Assembly (NCBI GenBank): GCA_034667465.1
Contig: JAXDJV010000010.1
Span: forward strand, 6,874-70,873
Reading direction: 5' to 3'
From: Acidobacteriota bacterium
GTDB taxonomy: Bacteria > Acidobacteriota > Thermoanaerobaculia > Gp7-AA8
Length of the DNA: 64,000 nt
The notes beneath the pieces were generated by a model. The model worked only from the letters and a program-made list of their open reading frames with translations, had not been told where the DNA came from and did not search any database. Positions within the stretch are counted from its first letter, which is position 1, and the number at the start of each line of letters is the position of its first letter. This document shows positions 55,462-64,000 of this stretch, piece by piece. The position numbers were made by a program, and so were the translations under genes.

Positions 55462-58400
55462 AAGAGCTCCTCCAATTCGAGTGGCGCTATCACACGCGCC
55501 AGGCATCCTTCCTCGCGGCCGCGGTCCTCTTCTTTCTCCTCGGGTTCGCAATCGCGGCGACGAGCTTCGGCCCCGGCAACGTGCTGATCACCTCGCCGTT
55601 TCTGATCACCGAATCGCTGGCGTTGCTGTCGCTCTTCGCCGCATTCGCGGTGGCGATCTTCGCGTCGAACGCCGTGCTGCGCGATTCCGAATTCGCGATG
55701 GAGGAGATCGTCTTCACGACTCCGGTCGGACGCGTCGCGTACGTCGCGTCGCGCTTCACCGGCGCATACGCGGCGGCGCTGACGGCGACGGCGTTCGCGG
55801 TGCCGGGAATGATGCTCGCGACGCGGATGCCGTGGATCGATCCCGAGCGCGTCGGTCTGTTCTCACTCCTCGCATACGCGCAGGCGTTTCTGCTTTTTGC
55901 GGTGCCGAACATTCTCTTCATCACCGCGATCCTTTTCTTCGTCGCGGTGATGACGCGCAGCGCGGTCGCGACGTACGTCGCCGCGGCGCTGCTCTACTTT
56001 TTGTACTTTGCCGCCGCCGCGCTGACGAACTCGCCGCTGATGGCCGGTTCCGCGCCGGGAGCGACGAGCGGCGCGTGGGTGGCGCTGCTCGATCCGTTCG
56101 GACTGTCGGGATTTTTCGAGCAGACGCGTTTCTGGACGATCGCCGAGAAGAACACGCGCGTCGTGTCGCTGACCGGAACGCTGCTGTTCAATCGCGTCGC
56201 GTGGCTGGCGATCGCGATGGCGCTCGGCGCGCTGCTGACGAAGATCTTCGCGTTTCAGGCGACGCCGAAACGGTCACGCAAGAGCGAACGCGCCGTCATC
56301 CTGAGCGTTAGCGAAGGATCCGGGCGGGAGGGGCGCGCCGAGGTACGTTCGCCCCGCCCTCCCGGATCCCTCGCTCACGCTCGGGATGACATCGCGTGGC
56401 TGGGCGCATTCCGATCCTCCGCGAAAATCGAGCGCTCGCTTCTCCTGCGCAGTCTCCCCTTCATTCTTCTGCTCGTTGCGTGGACGCTGCTCTCGATCAC
56501 CGAGGTCGCGTCGTCGATCACGGCGGCGGAGTACGGCTCGCTTTATTACCCGACGACGGCGCTGACGACGCGCGCGCTGCAGCAGCCGCTGTCGATCATG
56601 GCGACGCTGCTGCTGATCTGGTTCGCGGCGGAGATCTTCTGGCGCGAGCAGCGATTTCGTTTCGCCGGCATCGCGGAAAGCACGCCGCTGAACGGTTCCG
56701 AGATCATCGCGGCAAAGATCGCGGCGCTGGTCACGCTCGTCGCATCGCTGATCGGCTGCAGCATCATCGCCGCGGTCATCGTGCAAATCGCGCACGGCTG
56801 GTTCCGCTTCGAGCCGCAGCTCTATCTCGCGTTCGCGTACTTCATCGGCGCGCCGCTCGTCGCGCTGGCGATGGCGTTCGCGCTCATTCACGCCGTCAGT
56901 CCGGGACGCCATGTCGGGATGGTGGCGACGCTGCTCTTCGTCATCTACACGCGCATCGGCGGCGCGATCGGTCTCGACAATCGGTTGTGGCGCTTCGGGA
57001 CTGCAGCGACGCCCGGCTACTCGGAGCTGAACGGCTTCGATCGCGCCGCGGTCGCGTTCCACTGGTTCATGTTGCTGTGGGTGCTCGTCGGATTCGCGGC
57101 GGCGGTCATTGCGTCGAGCATGTGGCGACGCAGTGGTCGCAGTATTCGCGAACGGCTCGTGCTCGCGCGTCGCTCGAAACTCGCGGCGGCGCTGCTGATT
57201 CCGATCGTCGTCATCGGCGCGTGGATTTACTACAACACCGACGTCCTCAATCGAAACGAATCGGCCGCGCAGGTGAATGACTGGAAGGCTGCGTACGAGA
57301 AGACGTATGGCCGATTTGCGAAAGCGCCGCGTCCGCACATCGCCGAGATCGACGCCGCATTCGACCTCGCACCGGAACGGCAGAGCATTCGCGCGCACGG
57401 CACGTATCGGCTGCTCAACTCAACGAACGGACCGCTGTCGATGCTGCTCGTCTCGGTGCGACGCGATGCGCGACGCGTTGCGCTGTCCGTCGACGGCGCG
57501 CGACTGGCGTCCGCCGACACGCGCTTCGGCATGTATCGCTTCGAGCTCGCGCAGCCGCTCGCCGCCGGCGCCTCGACGACGCTGCACTACGACCTCGCGC
57601 TTGAAGAGCGCGGCTTCGAAGATGGCGCCGGCGAGAACGCCATCGTGCGCAACGGCTCGTATCTGATGAGCTTCCGGATCATGCCGATCGTCGGCTATCG
57701 CGCGACGTACGAACTGCAGGACCGGAAAGAGCGGGCGCGGCATGGGCTGCCTGCGGTCGAAGAGACCGTGCGCGACGACACGCACGGCGACGCGGAAGAA
57801 GAAGCGGCAGCCGACTGGGTGAAGTTGTCGACGACGATCTCGACCTCGCCCGATCAGATCGCCGTCGGTCCCGGACGTCTCGAGCGCGAGTGGAGCGAGC
57901 ACGGACGGCGCTACTTCCGTTATCGCGTCGAGCCGCTCGTCATCAATCGTTTCGCCATCGCGTCGGCGCGCTACAACGTGCAGCGCTGCACGCGGCAGGG
58001 GATCGACGTCGCCGTCTACTACCAGCCCGGACACGAAGTGAACGTGGCGCGAATGTGCGATGCCGCGACGTCATCGCTCGACCTTTTCACGCAGCGCTTC
58101 GGCCCGTATCCGCATCGCGACCTGCGGCTCGTTGAAGCGCCGGCGCACGCGCCGTTCGCCGGCTACGCGACGCCGTCCGTGATCTTCCTCAACGAAGGAC
58201 GAAGCTTCCTGATCGACGCGCGCGATCCCGTCCGCGTCGACCTCGTCACGCGCCGCGTCGCGCACGAAGTCGCGCATCAGTGGTGGGGTTATCGCATCGA
58301 CGCCATCACCGGACGCGGCGCGCCGGCGATCGTCGAATCGCTGACGAAATACGCCGAGCTGATGATCATCGAGAAAAAGTACGGCCGCGAAGCCGCGCGG

Positions 58401-59006
58401 CAGCTGCTGGAGTTCGAGAACGACAACTACCTCGCCGGCCGCGCCAGTGAAAACGACGAAGAAGTGCCGCTCGTCGACGTCGGCAATCAGCAGTACGTCT
58501 ATTACGGCAAAGGCGCGGTCGTGATGAACGGCATCCGCGACCTCGCCGGCGACGAGCCGATGTTCCGCGCGCTGCGAAGCTTTCTCGAAGAGCACGGTGG
58601 CCCCGGCAAATTCGCGACGAGCAACGACCTCGCGAATGCGCTGCGCGATGCGGTGCGTCCCGAAGATCGTCCATTGGTTGACCAGTGGATGCGCGAGATC
58701 ATTGTCTACGACTTTGCCGTCGAATCAGCGACCGGGACGAAGCGGAGCGATGGACGTTTCGACGTGCGGCTCAAAGTGAGTGCGACCAAGCGCAAGTCGA
58801 CAAGACGAGGCGCCGAAACGCCGATGCCGTTCCGCGAAACGATTCAGATCGCACTCGACGACACGACGGAAAGAGCCGTCATCCACGACGGAACGAACGA
58901 CCTCACGTTTGTCACGCAGAAGCTGCCACGCGCAGCGACCGTCGACCCATACGTGACGCGCATCGACACCGCCCGAGCGAACAACACGAAAGAGCTCGCG
59001 CACTAA
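55458..59006 (+). CDS. ABC-2 permease fused to an M1 aminopeptidase domain
   Basis: Two TM clusters, then HEVAHQWWG...ESLTKY (HExxH-x18-E) and YYGKGAVV. The reading frame extends 41 codons upstream of GTG 55581 to CTG 55458. Confidence 0.88.
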   Translation: MKELLQFEWRYHTRQASFLAAAVLFFLLGFAIAATSFGPGNVLITSPFLITESLALLSLFAAFAVAIFASNAVLRDSEFAMEEIVFTTPVGRVAYVASRFTGAYAAALTATAFAVPGMMLATRMPWIDPERVGLFSLLAYAQAFLLFAVPNILFITAILFFVAVMTRSAVATYVAAALLYFLYFAAAALTNSPLMAGSAPGATSGAWVALLDPFGLSGFFEQTRFWTIAEKNTRVVSLTGTLLFNRVAWLAIAMALGALLTKIFAFQATPKRSRKSERAVILSVSEGSGREGRAEVRSPRPPGSLAHARDDIAWLGAFRSSAKIERSLLLRSLPFILLLVAWTLLSITEVASSITAAEYGSLYYPTTALTTRALQQPLSIMATLLLIWFAAEIFWREQRFRFAGIAESTPLNGSEIIAAKIAALVTLVASLIGCSIIAAVIVQIAHGWFRFEPQLYLAFAYFIGAPLVALAMAFALIHAVSPGRHVGMVATLLFVIYTRIGGAIGLDNRLWRFGTAATPGYSELNGFDRAAVAFHWFMLLWVLVGFAAAVIASSMWRRSGRSIRERLVLARRSKLAAALLIPIVVIGAWIYYNTDVLNRNESAAQVNDWKAAYEKTYGRFAKAPRPHIAEIDAAFDLAPERQSIRAHGTYRLLNSTNGPLSMLLVSVRRDARRVALSVDGARLASADTRFGMYRFELAQPLAAGASTTLHYDLALEERGFEDGAGENAIVRNGSYLMSFRIMPIVGYRATYELQDRKERARHGLPAVEETVRDDTHGDAEEEAAADWVKLSTTISTSPDQIAVGPGRLEREWSEHGRRYFRYRVEPLVINRFAIASARYNVQRCTRQGIDVAVYYQPGHEVNVARMCDAATSSLDLFTQRFGPYPHRDLRLVEAPAHAPFAGYATPSVIFLNEGRSFLIDARDPVRVDLVTRRVAHEVAHQWWGYRIDAITGRGAPAIVESLTKYAELMIIEKKYGREAARQLLEFENDNYLAGRASENDEEVPLVDVGNQQYVYYGKGAVVMNGIRDLAGDEPMFRALRSFLEEHGGPGKFATSNDLANALRDAVRPEDRPLVDQWMREIIVYDFAVESATGTKRSDGRFDVRLKVSATKRKSTRRGAETPMPFRETIQIALDDTTERAVIHDGTNDLTFVTQKLPRAATVDPYVTRIDTARANNTKELAH
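56295..56390. repeat. 96-bp palindromic element inserted in frame in the permease/peptidase gene
   Basis: GTCATCCTGAGCGTTAGCGAAGGATC...GGATCCCTCGCTCACGCTCGGGATGAC; same family as 31110-31202. Confidence 0.88.
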
Positions 59007-59116
59007 GGCCCTCCGGCGGACGGCCACCCGCACAAAGCGCGGCGCCACGCGAAACGCGTTCGCACGAAAAGGTCCGCCAACCAAACGCCGCGGCCCGTGG
59101 CCGCCCGCCGGAGGCC
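59007..59116. repeat. Intergenic imperfect inverted repeat element
   Basis: GGCCCTCCGGCGGACGGCCAC (59007-59027) versus GTGGCCGCCCGCCGGAGGCC (59097-59116). Confidence 0.6.
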
Positions 59117-59134
59117 CCGTGATCTTTCCGTGTC

Positions 59135-59151
59135 CTTCACGCCGAGTTTAC
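59135..59151 (+). promoter_or_regulatory. Putative Pho box upstream of the porin-pstS unit
   Basis: CTTCACGCCGAGTTTAC: TTCAC/TTTAC 11 bp apart; 15/17 identical to 61407-61423. Confidence 0.62.
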
Positions 59152-59215
59152 GCACGCACGCATTCGTCTGCAGACCCGCTGCGTAGCATCCCGTTCAAAC
59201 AAGGAGGCTTTGCAG

Positions 59216-60310
59216 ATGAAGCTCAATCGCATGCTCGCGTTGCTCGCGAGCGTCATGATTTCCGGCAGCGCGTTCGCACAGGTCACACCGGCCGCCGGCT
59301 ACACGCCGCCCGACGACACACCGTCGTTCAAAATCGGCGCAACGATTTTCGCCGACTACACCGTTCAGCAGTCGCCTGAAACGAAAGACGCCGACGGCAA
59401 CACCGTTCGTCCCTCGTCGTTCAATGTGCCGCGGGCGTACATCAACGTCACCGGCAACCTCAATCACTGGATCGCGTTTCGTATTACGCCCGACGTCTCG
59501 CGTGAGACCGGCAGCGGCGCGTCGCTGGCAGGCAGCCAGGAGTTCCGGCTCAAGTACGCCTTTGCGCAGTTCAACCTCGACGACTGGACGACCAAAGGCT
59601 CGTGGGTTCGCGTCGGTGTGCAGCAGACGCCGATCATCGACTACACCGAACAGATCTACCGCTATCGCTTCCAGGGATCTGTCTTTCAGGAGCGCACCGG
59701 GCTGCTGACGTCATCGGACGCCGGCGTCTCCGGCCACTACAACCTCCCGGGAAATTACGGCGACATTCACGGCGGCTTCTACAACGGCGAAGGCTACAGC
59801 AAGGCCGAAACGAACAACGAAAAAGCCTTCATGGTTCGCGGCAGCATCCGTCCGTTCCCGCTCGGCGGCACCTTGCTGAAAGGACTGAGGCTCACCGCCT
59901 TCATCGATCACGACGCCTACGTGCAGGACGCGAAACGCGAGCGCATCTTCGGACAGGTCACGTACGAACATCCGCTCGTCAACGCCGGTCTCGACGTCGT
60001 TCGCGCCGGCGACAAAACCTCGCGGACGAAAGCGACGATTGATTCGAAAGGGTGGTCCTTCTGGGTCACGCCGAAGATCGGCACCAGCGGCTTCGAGTTG
60101 CTCTTCCGTCACGACGACTTCACGCCGAACGACAACTTCTCGTCGCAGAAGCAGAAGCGCAACATCGCCGGCGTCGCGTACTGGGTTCCGAACCTCAACA
60201 AAGTCACGACTGCATTCCTGCTCGACTACGACTCGCTCGAGCGCAGCGGCCTCGCCGTGCCGGTTCCGCGCACGACGAACTACGCAATCAAGATGCTCAT
60301 CAACTTCTAA
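59216..60310 (+). CDS. Outer-membrane porin, probably phosphate-related (OprO/P-like)
   Basis: Signal peptide, alternating beta-strand pattern, RAYINV, LKYAFAQ, C-terminal Phe (LINF); AGGAGG RBS; directly upstream of pstS. Confidence 0.78.
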   Translation: MKLNRMLALLASVMISGSAFAQVTPAAGYTPPDDTPSFKIGATIFADYTVQQSPETKDADGNTVRPSSFNVPRAYINVTGNLNHWIAFRITPDVSRETGSGASLAGSQEFRLKYAFAQFNLDDWTTKGSWVRVGVQQTPIIDYTEQIYRYRFQGSVFQERTGLLTSSDAGVSGHYNLPGNYGDIHGGFYNGEGYSKAETNNEKAFMVRGSIRPFPLGGTLLKGLRLTAFIDHDAYVQDAKRERIFGQVTYEHPLVNAGLDVVRAGDKTSRTKATIDSKGWSFWVTPKIGTSGFELLFRHDDFTPNDNFSSQKQKRNIAGVAYWVPNLNKVTTAFLLDYDSLERSGLAVPVPRTTNYAIKMLINF

Positions 60311-60319
60311 GGAGACACC

Positions 60320-61330
60320 ATGAAAAAATCGATCATCCTTCTCGTCGTCGCGCTCTTCGCGATGACCGCGGCCGCGCAGAACGTCCAGATCAACGGCGCC
60401 GGCGCGACCTTCCCGTTCCCCATCTATTCGAAGTGGTTCAGCGAGTACAACAAACTGCATCCGAATGCGCTGATCAACTATCAGTCGATCGGTTCCGGCG
60501 GCGGGATTCGCCAGCTCAGCGCCGGCACGGTCTTCTTCGGCGCCACTGACGGACCGATGACCAACGAACAGATCACCGCGGCCGGTTTCCGCATCCTGCA
60601 CCTGCCGACTGTCCTCGGCGCCGTCGTGCCGGTCTACAACATCCCCGACGTCAACGCCGAGCTGCACTTCAATGGCAAGACGCTCGCCGACATCTTCCTC
60701 GGCCGCATCACGAAGTGGAACGATCCCGCAATCAAAGCGACGAATCCGAGCGTCAATCTGCCGAACCTCGACATCACCGTCGTGCATCGTTCGGATGGTT
60801 CGGGCACGAGCTACATCTGGTGTGATTACCTCTCGAAAGTGTCGCCCGATTACCGCAAGACAGTCGGCGTCGCGACTTCGGTCAACTGGCCGGTCGGCGT
60901 CGGCGGCAAAGGCAATGAAGGCGTTGCCGGACTCGTCAAGCAGACGCCCGGATCCATCGGATACGTCGAGCTGATCTACGCGATCCAGAACAAGATCTCG
61001 TACGGCTCGGTGCAGAACGCGGCGGGCGAATTCGTTCGCGCCACGACGGAATCCGTTTCGAACGCGGCTGCAGTCGCGGCGAAGCAGATGCCGAAAGACT
61101 TCCGCGTCTCGATCACCAACGCGCCGGGAAAGAACGTCTACCCGATCTCGTCGTTTACGTGGCTGCTCGTGCAGCAGGCGCCGAGCGACCGAGCCCGCTC
61201 CGCGATCATGAAGGACTTCGTGAAGTGGGCGCTGACGACCGGCCAGAAGTTCGCACCGGAGCTCGGATATGCGCCGCTGCCGGCCGAGGTTGTCGCACTG
61301 GAACTGCAGGCGCTAAACACGGTGAAGTGA
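60320..61330 (+). CDS. pstS: Phosphate ABC transporter substrate-binding protein
   Basis: GAGATFP.P.Y, YQSIGSGGG, HRSDGSGT, GKGNEGV, IGYVE, YPISSFTW. Confidence 0.95.
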   Translation: MKKSIILLVVALFAMTAAAQNVQINGAGATFPFPIYSKWFSEYNKLHPNALINYQSIGSGGGIRQLSAGTVFFGATDGPMTNEQITAAGFRILHLPTVLGAVVPVYNIPDVNAELHFNGKTLADIFLGRITKWNDPAIKATNPSVNLPNLDITVVHRSDGSGTSYIWCDYLSKVSPDYRKTVGVATSVNWPVGVGGKGNEGVAGLVKQTPGSIGYVELIYAIQNKISYGSVQNAAGEFVRATTESVSNAAAVAAKQMPKDFRVSITNAPGKNVYPISSFTWLLVQQAPSDRARSAIMKDFVKWALTTGQKFAPELGYAPLPAEVVALELQALNTVK

Positions 61331-61336
61331 GTGTGG

Positions 61337-61381
61337 CGTCGGCCGCTTCGGCCGACGTGAGGCGGGCGAAGCGCCCGCCTC
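61337..61381. terminator. Tandem GC-rich hairpins after the first pstS (terminator or mRNA stabiliser)
   Basis: CGTCGGCCG-CTT-CGGCCGACG and GAGGCGGGCG-AAG-CGCCCGCCTC. Confidence 0.5.
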
Positions 61382-61406
61382 CACAGTGAACCTGAACCGT
61401 CATCTA

Positions 61407-61445
61407 CTTCACACCGAATTTACTTCGTCTCACATCGGACTTCAC
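61407..61445 (+). promoter_or_regulatory. Putative Pho box array upstream of the second pstS
   Basis: TTCAC 61408, TTTAC 61419, CTCAC 61429, TTCAC 61441 (about 11-bp periodicity). Confidence 0.62.
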
Positions 61446-61468
61446 GCGGCGCACGGAGAATGGCGGCC

Positions 61469-62542
61469 ATGCAGAAAATGCTTCGCTATCTCTCCATCGC
61501 CGCGTTTCTTTTTTCACTCGTCGCATGCAAGCCGGCCGAAGCGCCGAAGCAGTCGACCGCGGCGTCAGCGCAGAGCACCGGCGACGTCATCACCATCAAC
61601 GGCGCCGGCGCGACGTTCCCGTATCCGATCTACTCGAAGTGGTTCGATGAGTACCGCAAGCAGCACCCGAACGTGCAGGTCAACTATCAGTCGATCGGCT
61701 CCGGCGGAGGCATCAAGCAGCTCAGCGCCGGCACGGTGTTCTTCGGTGCGACCGACGGTCCGATGACCGACGAGCAGCTCAAAGCCGCTCCTTCGCCGAT
61801 CCTTCACTTCCCGACAGTTCTCGGCGGCGTCGTGCCGGTCTACAACATCCCCGGCGTCTCGTCGCAGATTCGCTTCACCGGTCCAATCCTGGCCGACATC
61901 TTCCTCGGCCGCATCACGAAGTGGAACGATGCCGCGATCGCGAAGATCAACCCCGGCGTGAATCTGCCGTCGACCGACATCGCCGTCGTCCATCGTTCCG
62001 ACGGTTCCGGCACGACGTACATCTTCTGCGACTTCCTCTCGAAGACCTCCGCTGACTACAAGCAGAAAGTCGGCGTGGCGACGTCGGTCAGCTGGCCGGT
62101 CGGCGTCGGCGCGAAAGGAAACGAAGGCGTCTCCGGACTGGTGCAGCAGACGCCCGGCGCGATCGGTTACGTCGAGCTGATCTTCGCGCTGCAGAACAAG
62201 ATTCCGTTCGCCGCCGTGCAGAACAAAGCGGGCGAGTTCGTCACCGCGACGCTCGACTCCGTCACGACCGCCGCCGCGAGCGCATCGGCGACGATGCCGG
62301 ACGACTTCCGCGTCTCGATCACGAACGCCGACGGCAGGGGCGCGTATCCGATCGCGTCGTTCACGTGGATCCTGCTCTATCAAAACGCGCAGGACAAAGT
62401 CCGCGCGAAGATCATGGTCGACTTCCTTCGCTGGGCGCTGACCGACGGCCAGAAGTACGCGACCGATCTGCATTACGCGCCGCTGCCGCAGCCGGTCATC
62501 GACAATGAAACGCGGGCGCTGGCGAAGGTTCAGGTGCAATGA
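61469..62542 (+). CDS. pstS: Phosphate ABC transporter substrate-binding lipoprotein (second copy)
   Basis: Same PstS motifs; lipobox LVAC; ATG 61469 fits the GGAG RBS. Confidence 0.95.
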   Translation: MQKMLRYLSIAAFLFSLVACKPAEAPKQSTAASAQSTGDVITINGAGATFPYPIYSKWFDEYRKQHPNVQVNYQSIGSGGGIKQLSAGTVFFGATDGPMTDEQLKAAPSPILHFPTVLGGVVPVYNIPGVSSQIRFTGPILADIFLGRITKWNDAAIAKINPGVNLPSTDIAVVHRSDGSGTTYIFCDFLSKTSADYKQKVGVATSVSWPVGVGAKGNEGVSGLVQQTPGAIGYVELIFALQNKIPFAAVQNKAGEFVTATLDSVTTAAASASATMPDDFRVSITNADGRGAYPIASFTWILLYQNAQDKVRAKIMVDFLRWALTDGQKYATDLHYAPLPQPVIDNETRALAKVQVQ

Positions 62543-63495
62543 CCCGCCGCTCGAGCGACGACCGCTTCTTCCGTCTCGGGACGGGAGCGGTCGCCGCGCT
62601 GGTGCTCCTCATTGTCATCGGCATCGGCTTCGAGCTGACGCGCCAGTCGACGATGTCGATCCGCAAATTCGGATTCAGTTTCTGGACCGGCACGACGTGG
62701 GATCCGGTCGCCGGCGAGTTCGGCGCGCGTCCGTTCATCTGGGGCACGCTCTATTCGTCGGTGCTCGCGCTGCTGCTCGCCGCGCCGGTCGCGCTCGGAA
62801 TCGCGATCTACATTTCGGAGCTCGCGCCGCGCATGCTCCGTCAGCCGCTTGCGTACCTGACCGAATTGCTCGCGGCGATTCCGTCGATCGTTTACGGATT
62901 GTGGGGCGTCTTCGTGCTCGTGCCGATCATTCGCAAGCTCGAGCTGGCCACGCCCGATTTTCTGAAGCAGTTTCCGCTCTTCAAAGGACCGCCGCTCGGC
63001 GTCGGCATGCTCGCCGCCGCCGTGATTCTCGCGATCATGGTCGTGCCGTTCACCTCGTCCGTTGCGCGCGAGATTCTGAAGAACGTTCCGAGCGCGCAGC
63101 GTGAAGCGGCGTACGCACTCGGCGCCACGCGCTGGGAAGCGATCAAGGTCGCGGTCGGCTTCGGCAGGAGCGGCATCATCGGCGCGATCATGCTCGGCTT
63201 CGGCCGCGCGCTCGGCGAAACGATGGCGGTGACGATGGTCATCGGCAACAACCCGCAGGTCTCGGCGTCGCTTTACGCGCCGCAATACACGATGTCGGCC
63301 GTCATCGCGAACGAGTTCACGGAAGCGGCCGATGAGCTTTACCTGCACGCGCTGATCGAGATCGGTCTGCTGCTGTTCATCATCACGATCGCCGTGAACA
63401 TGATCTCGCGCCTGCTGATCTGGAGCATGAAGGCGCGCGCGAATCGGAAAGCGGTCGCGATGCCGATCATCTCCGACGAGGCGGTGCCGGCGTGA
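62539..63495 (+). CDS. pstC: Phosphate ABC transporter permease
   Basis: WDP..GEFGA.PFIWGTL, ELLAAIPSIVYGLWG, REAAYALGATRWE, GRALGETMAV. Confidence 0.96.
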   Translation: MTRRSSDDRFFRLGTGAVAALVLLIVIGIGFELTRQSTMSIRKFGFSFWTGTTWDPVAGEFGARPFIWGTLYSSVLALLLAAPVALGIAIYISELAPRMLRQPLAYLTELLAAIPSIVYGLWGVFVLVPIIRKLELATPDFLKQFPLFKGPPLGVGMLAAAVILAIMVVPFTSSVAREILKNVPSAQREAAYALGATRWEAIKVAVGFGRSGIIGAIMLGFGRALGETMAVTMVIGNNPQVSASLYAPQYTMSAVIANEFTEAADELYLHALIEIGLLLFIITIAVNMISRLLIWSMKARANRKAVAMPIISDEAVPA

Positions 63496-64000
63496 GCGTG
63501 ATGGTGCGCCGCCGCATCGTCTCGCGCGTCGCCGAAACGCTTTGCGCCGGCGCCGTACTGCTCGCGCTCGTGCCGCTCGCGCTCATTCTCTTTTACGTTC
63601 TCCGGCAGGGGATCGGCGCGCTCAACATCGCGTTCTTCACCGAGATGCCGAAGCCGGTCGGTGAAGCGGGCGGCGGCATGGCGAATGCGATCGTCGGCAC
63701 GCTGATCCTCATCGGCATCGCCGCGCTCTTCGCGGTGCCGATCGGCTGCGTCTGCGGCATTCACCTCGCCGAATATCCCGACACGAAATTCTCGTCGGTC
63801 GTTCGCTTCGCCGCCGACGTCATGAACGGCGTGCCGTCGATCGTGGTCGGCATCTTCGCGTACGGGATCGTCGTCCTTCCCGTCAAACGCTTCAGCGCCA
63901 TCGCCGGCGGAATCGCACTCGGATTATTGATGCTGCCGATCGTCGTGCGAACGACTGAAGAGCTGCTGCGACTCGTTCCCGCGGGACTTCGCGAAGGAGC
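63492..64000 (+). CDS. pstA: Phosphate ABC transporter permease PstA (runs off the window end)
   Basis: From GTG 63492: ...GGGMANAIVGTL...GIHLAEY...GVPSIVVGIF...RTTEELLRLVP. Confidence 0.93.
   Translation, partial: MSVMVRRRIVSRVAETLCAGAVLLALVPLALILFYVLRQGIGALNIAFFTEMPKPVGEAGGGMANAIVGTLILIGIAALFAVPIGCVCGIHLAEYPDTKFSSVVRFAADVMNGVPSIVVGIFAYGIVVLPVKRFSAIAGGIALGLLMLPIVVRTTEELLRLVPAGLREG

Noticed and set aside
52597-62539. Long alternative-frame ORFs (e.g. 52597..54045, 54601..55551, 56274..57398, 59711..60787, 61565..62539)
   Set aside because: Antisense shadows of well-supported genes, typical of high-GC codon bias. The same applies to similar ORFs across the window.
60320-62542. Tandem pstS as an assembly duplication
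   Set aside because: The two copies differ at many residues and have different signal peptides.
1-64000. rRNA, tRNA, CRISPR arrays, prophage or integrase genes
   Set aside because: None recognised by eye. tRNAscan-SE, Infernal and CRISPR finders would be needed to exclude small RNAs formally.

Overview
GC-rich bacterial window. The gene content (TonB, LpxL, ECF sigma plus TPR Ser/Thr kinase) fits a diderm organism, plausibly Acidobacteriota; this is inference only. I found no rRNA, tRNA, CRISPR array, integrase or transposase. From left to right: (i) a TPR kinase/SdpI/TonB operon divergent from an ECF sigma factor; (ii) a dispersed MnxG-like multicopper oxidase module (YVTN beta-propeller at 4.9-6.7 kb, ~1,920-aa oxidase at 22-27.7 kb, two SCO proteins and a cytochrome c at 33-35.5 kb); (iii) a tailoring-enzyme operon with no backbone synthase at 6.9-18.3 kb, preceded by a perfect 37-bp inverted repeat; (iv) an orphan HigA, an RDD protein and a flavin-dependent halogenase-like gene; (v) a cassette with a Gly/Lys/Thr repeat peptide, an atypical kinase-like protein and three glycosyltransferases at 27.8-33 kb; (vi) a second tailoring operon at 39.7-46 kb; (vii) divergent from it, an AraC-type gene and a class V lanthipeptide-like RiPP locus, in which a 597-aa precursor with 53 Cys is followed by an APH-type kinase, a HopA1-like lyase and a LanC cyclase; (viii) LpxL, a B12 radical SAM enzyme, an ABC/M1-peptidase pair and a Pho-box-associated porin-pstS-pstS-pstC-pstA locus. 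Several palindromic repeat elements lie between genes or in frame inside them. The best candidates for an undescribed system are the giant-precursor lanthipeptide-like locus and the GGGKTTT repeat peptide/kinase/glycosyltransferase cassette. All functional calls come from motif recognition; no database search was run.
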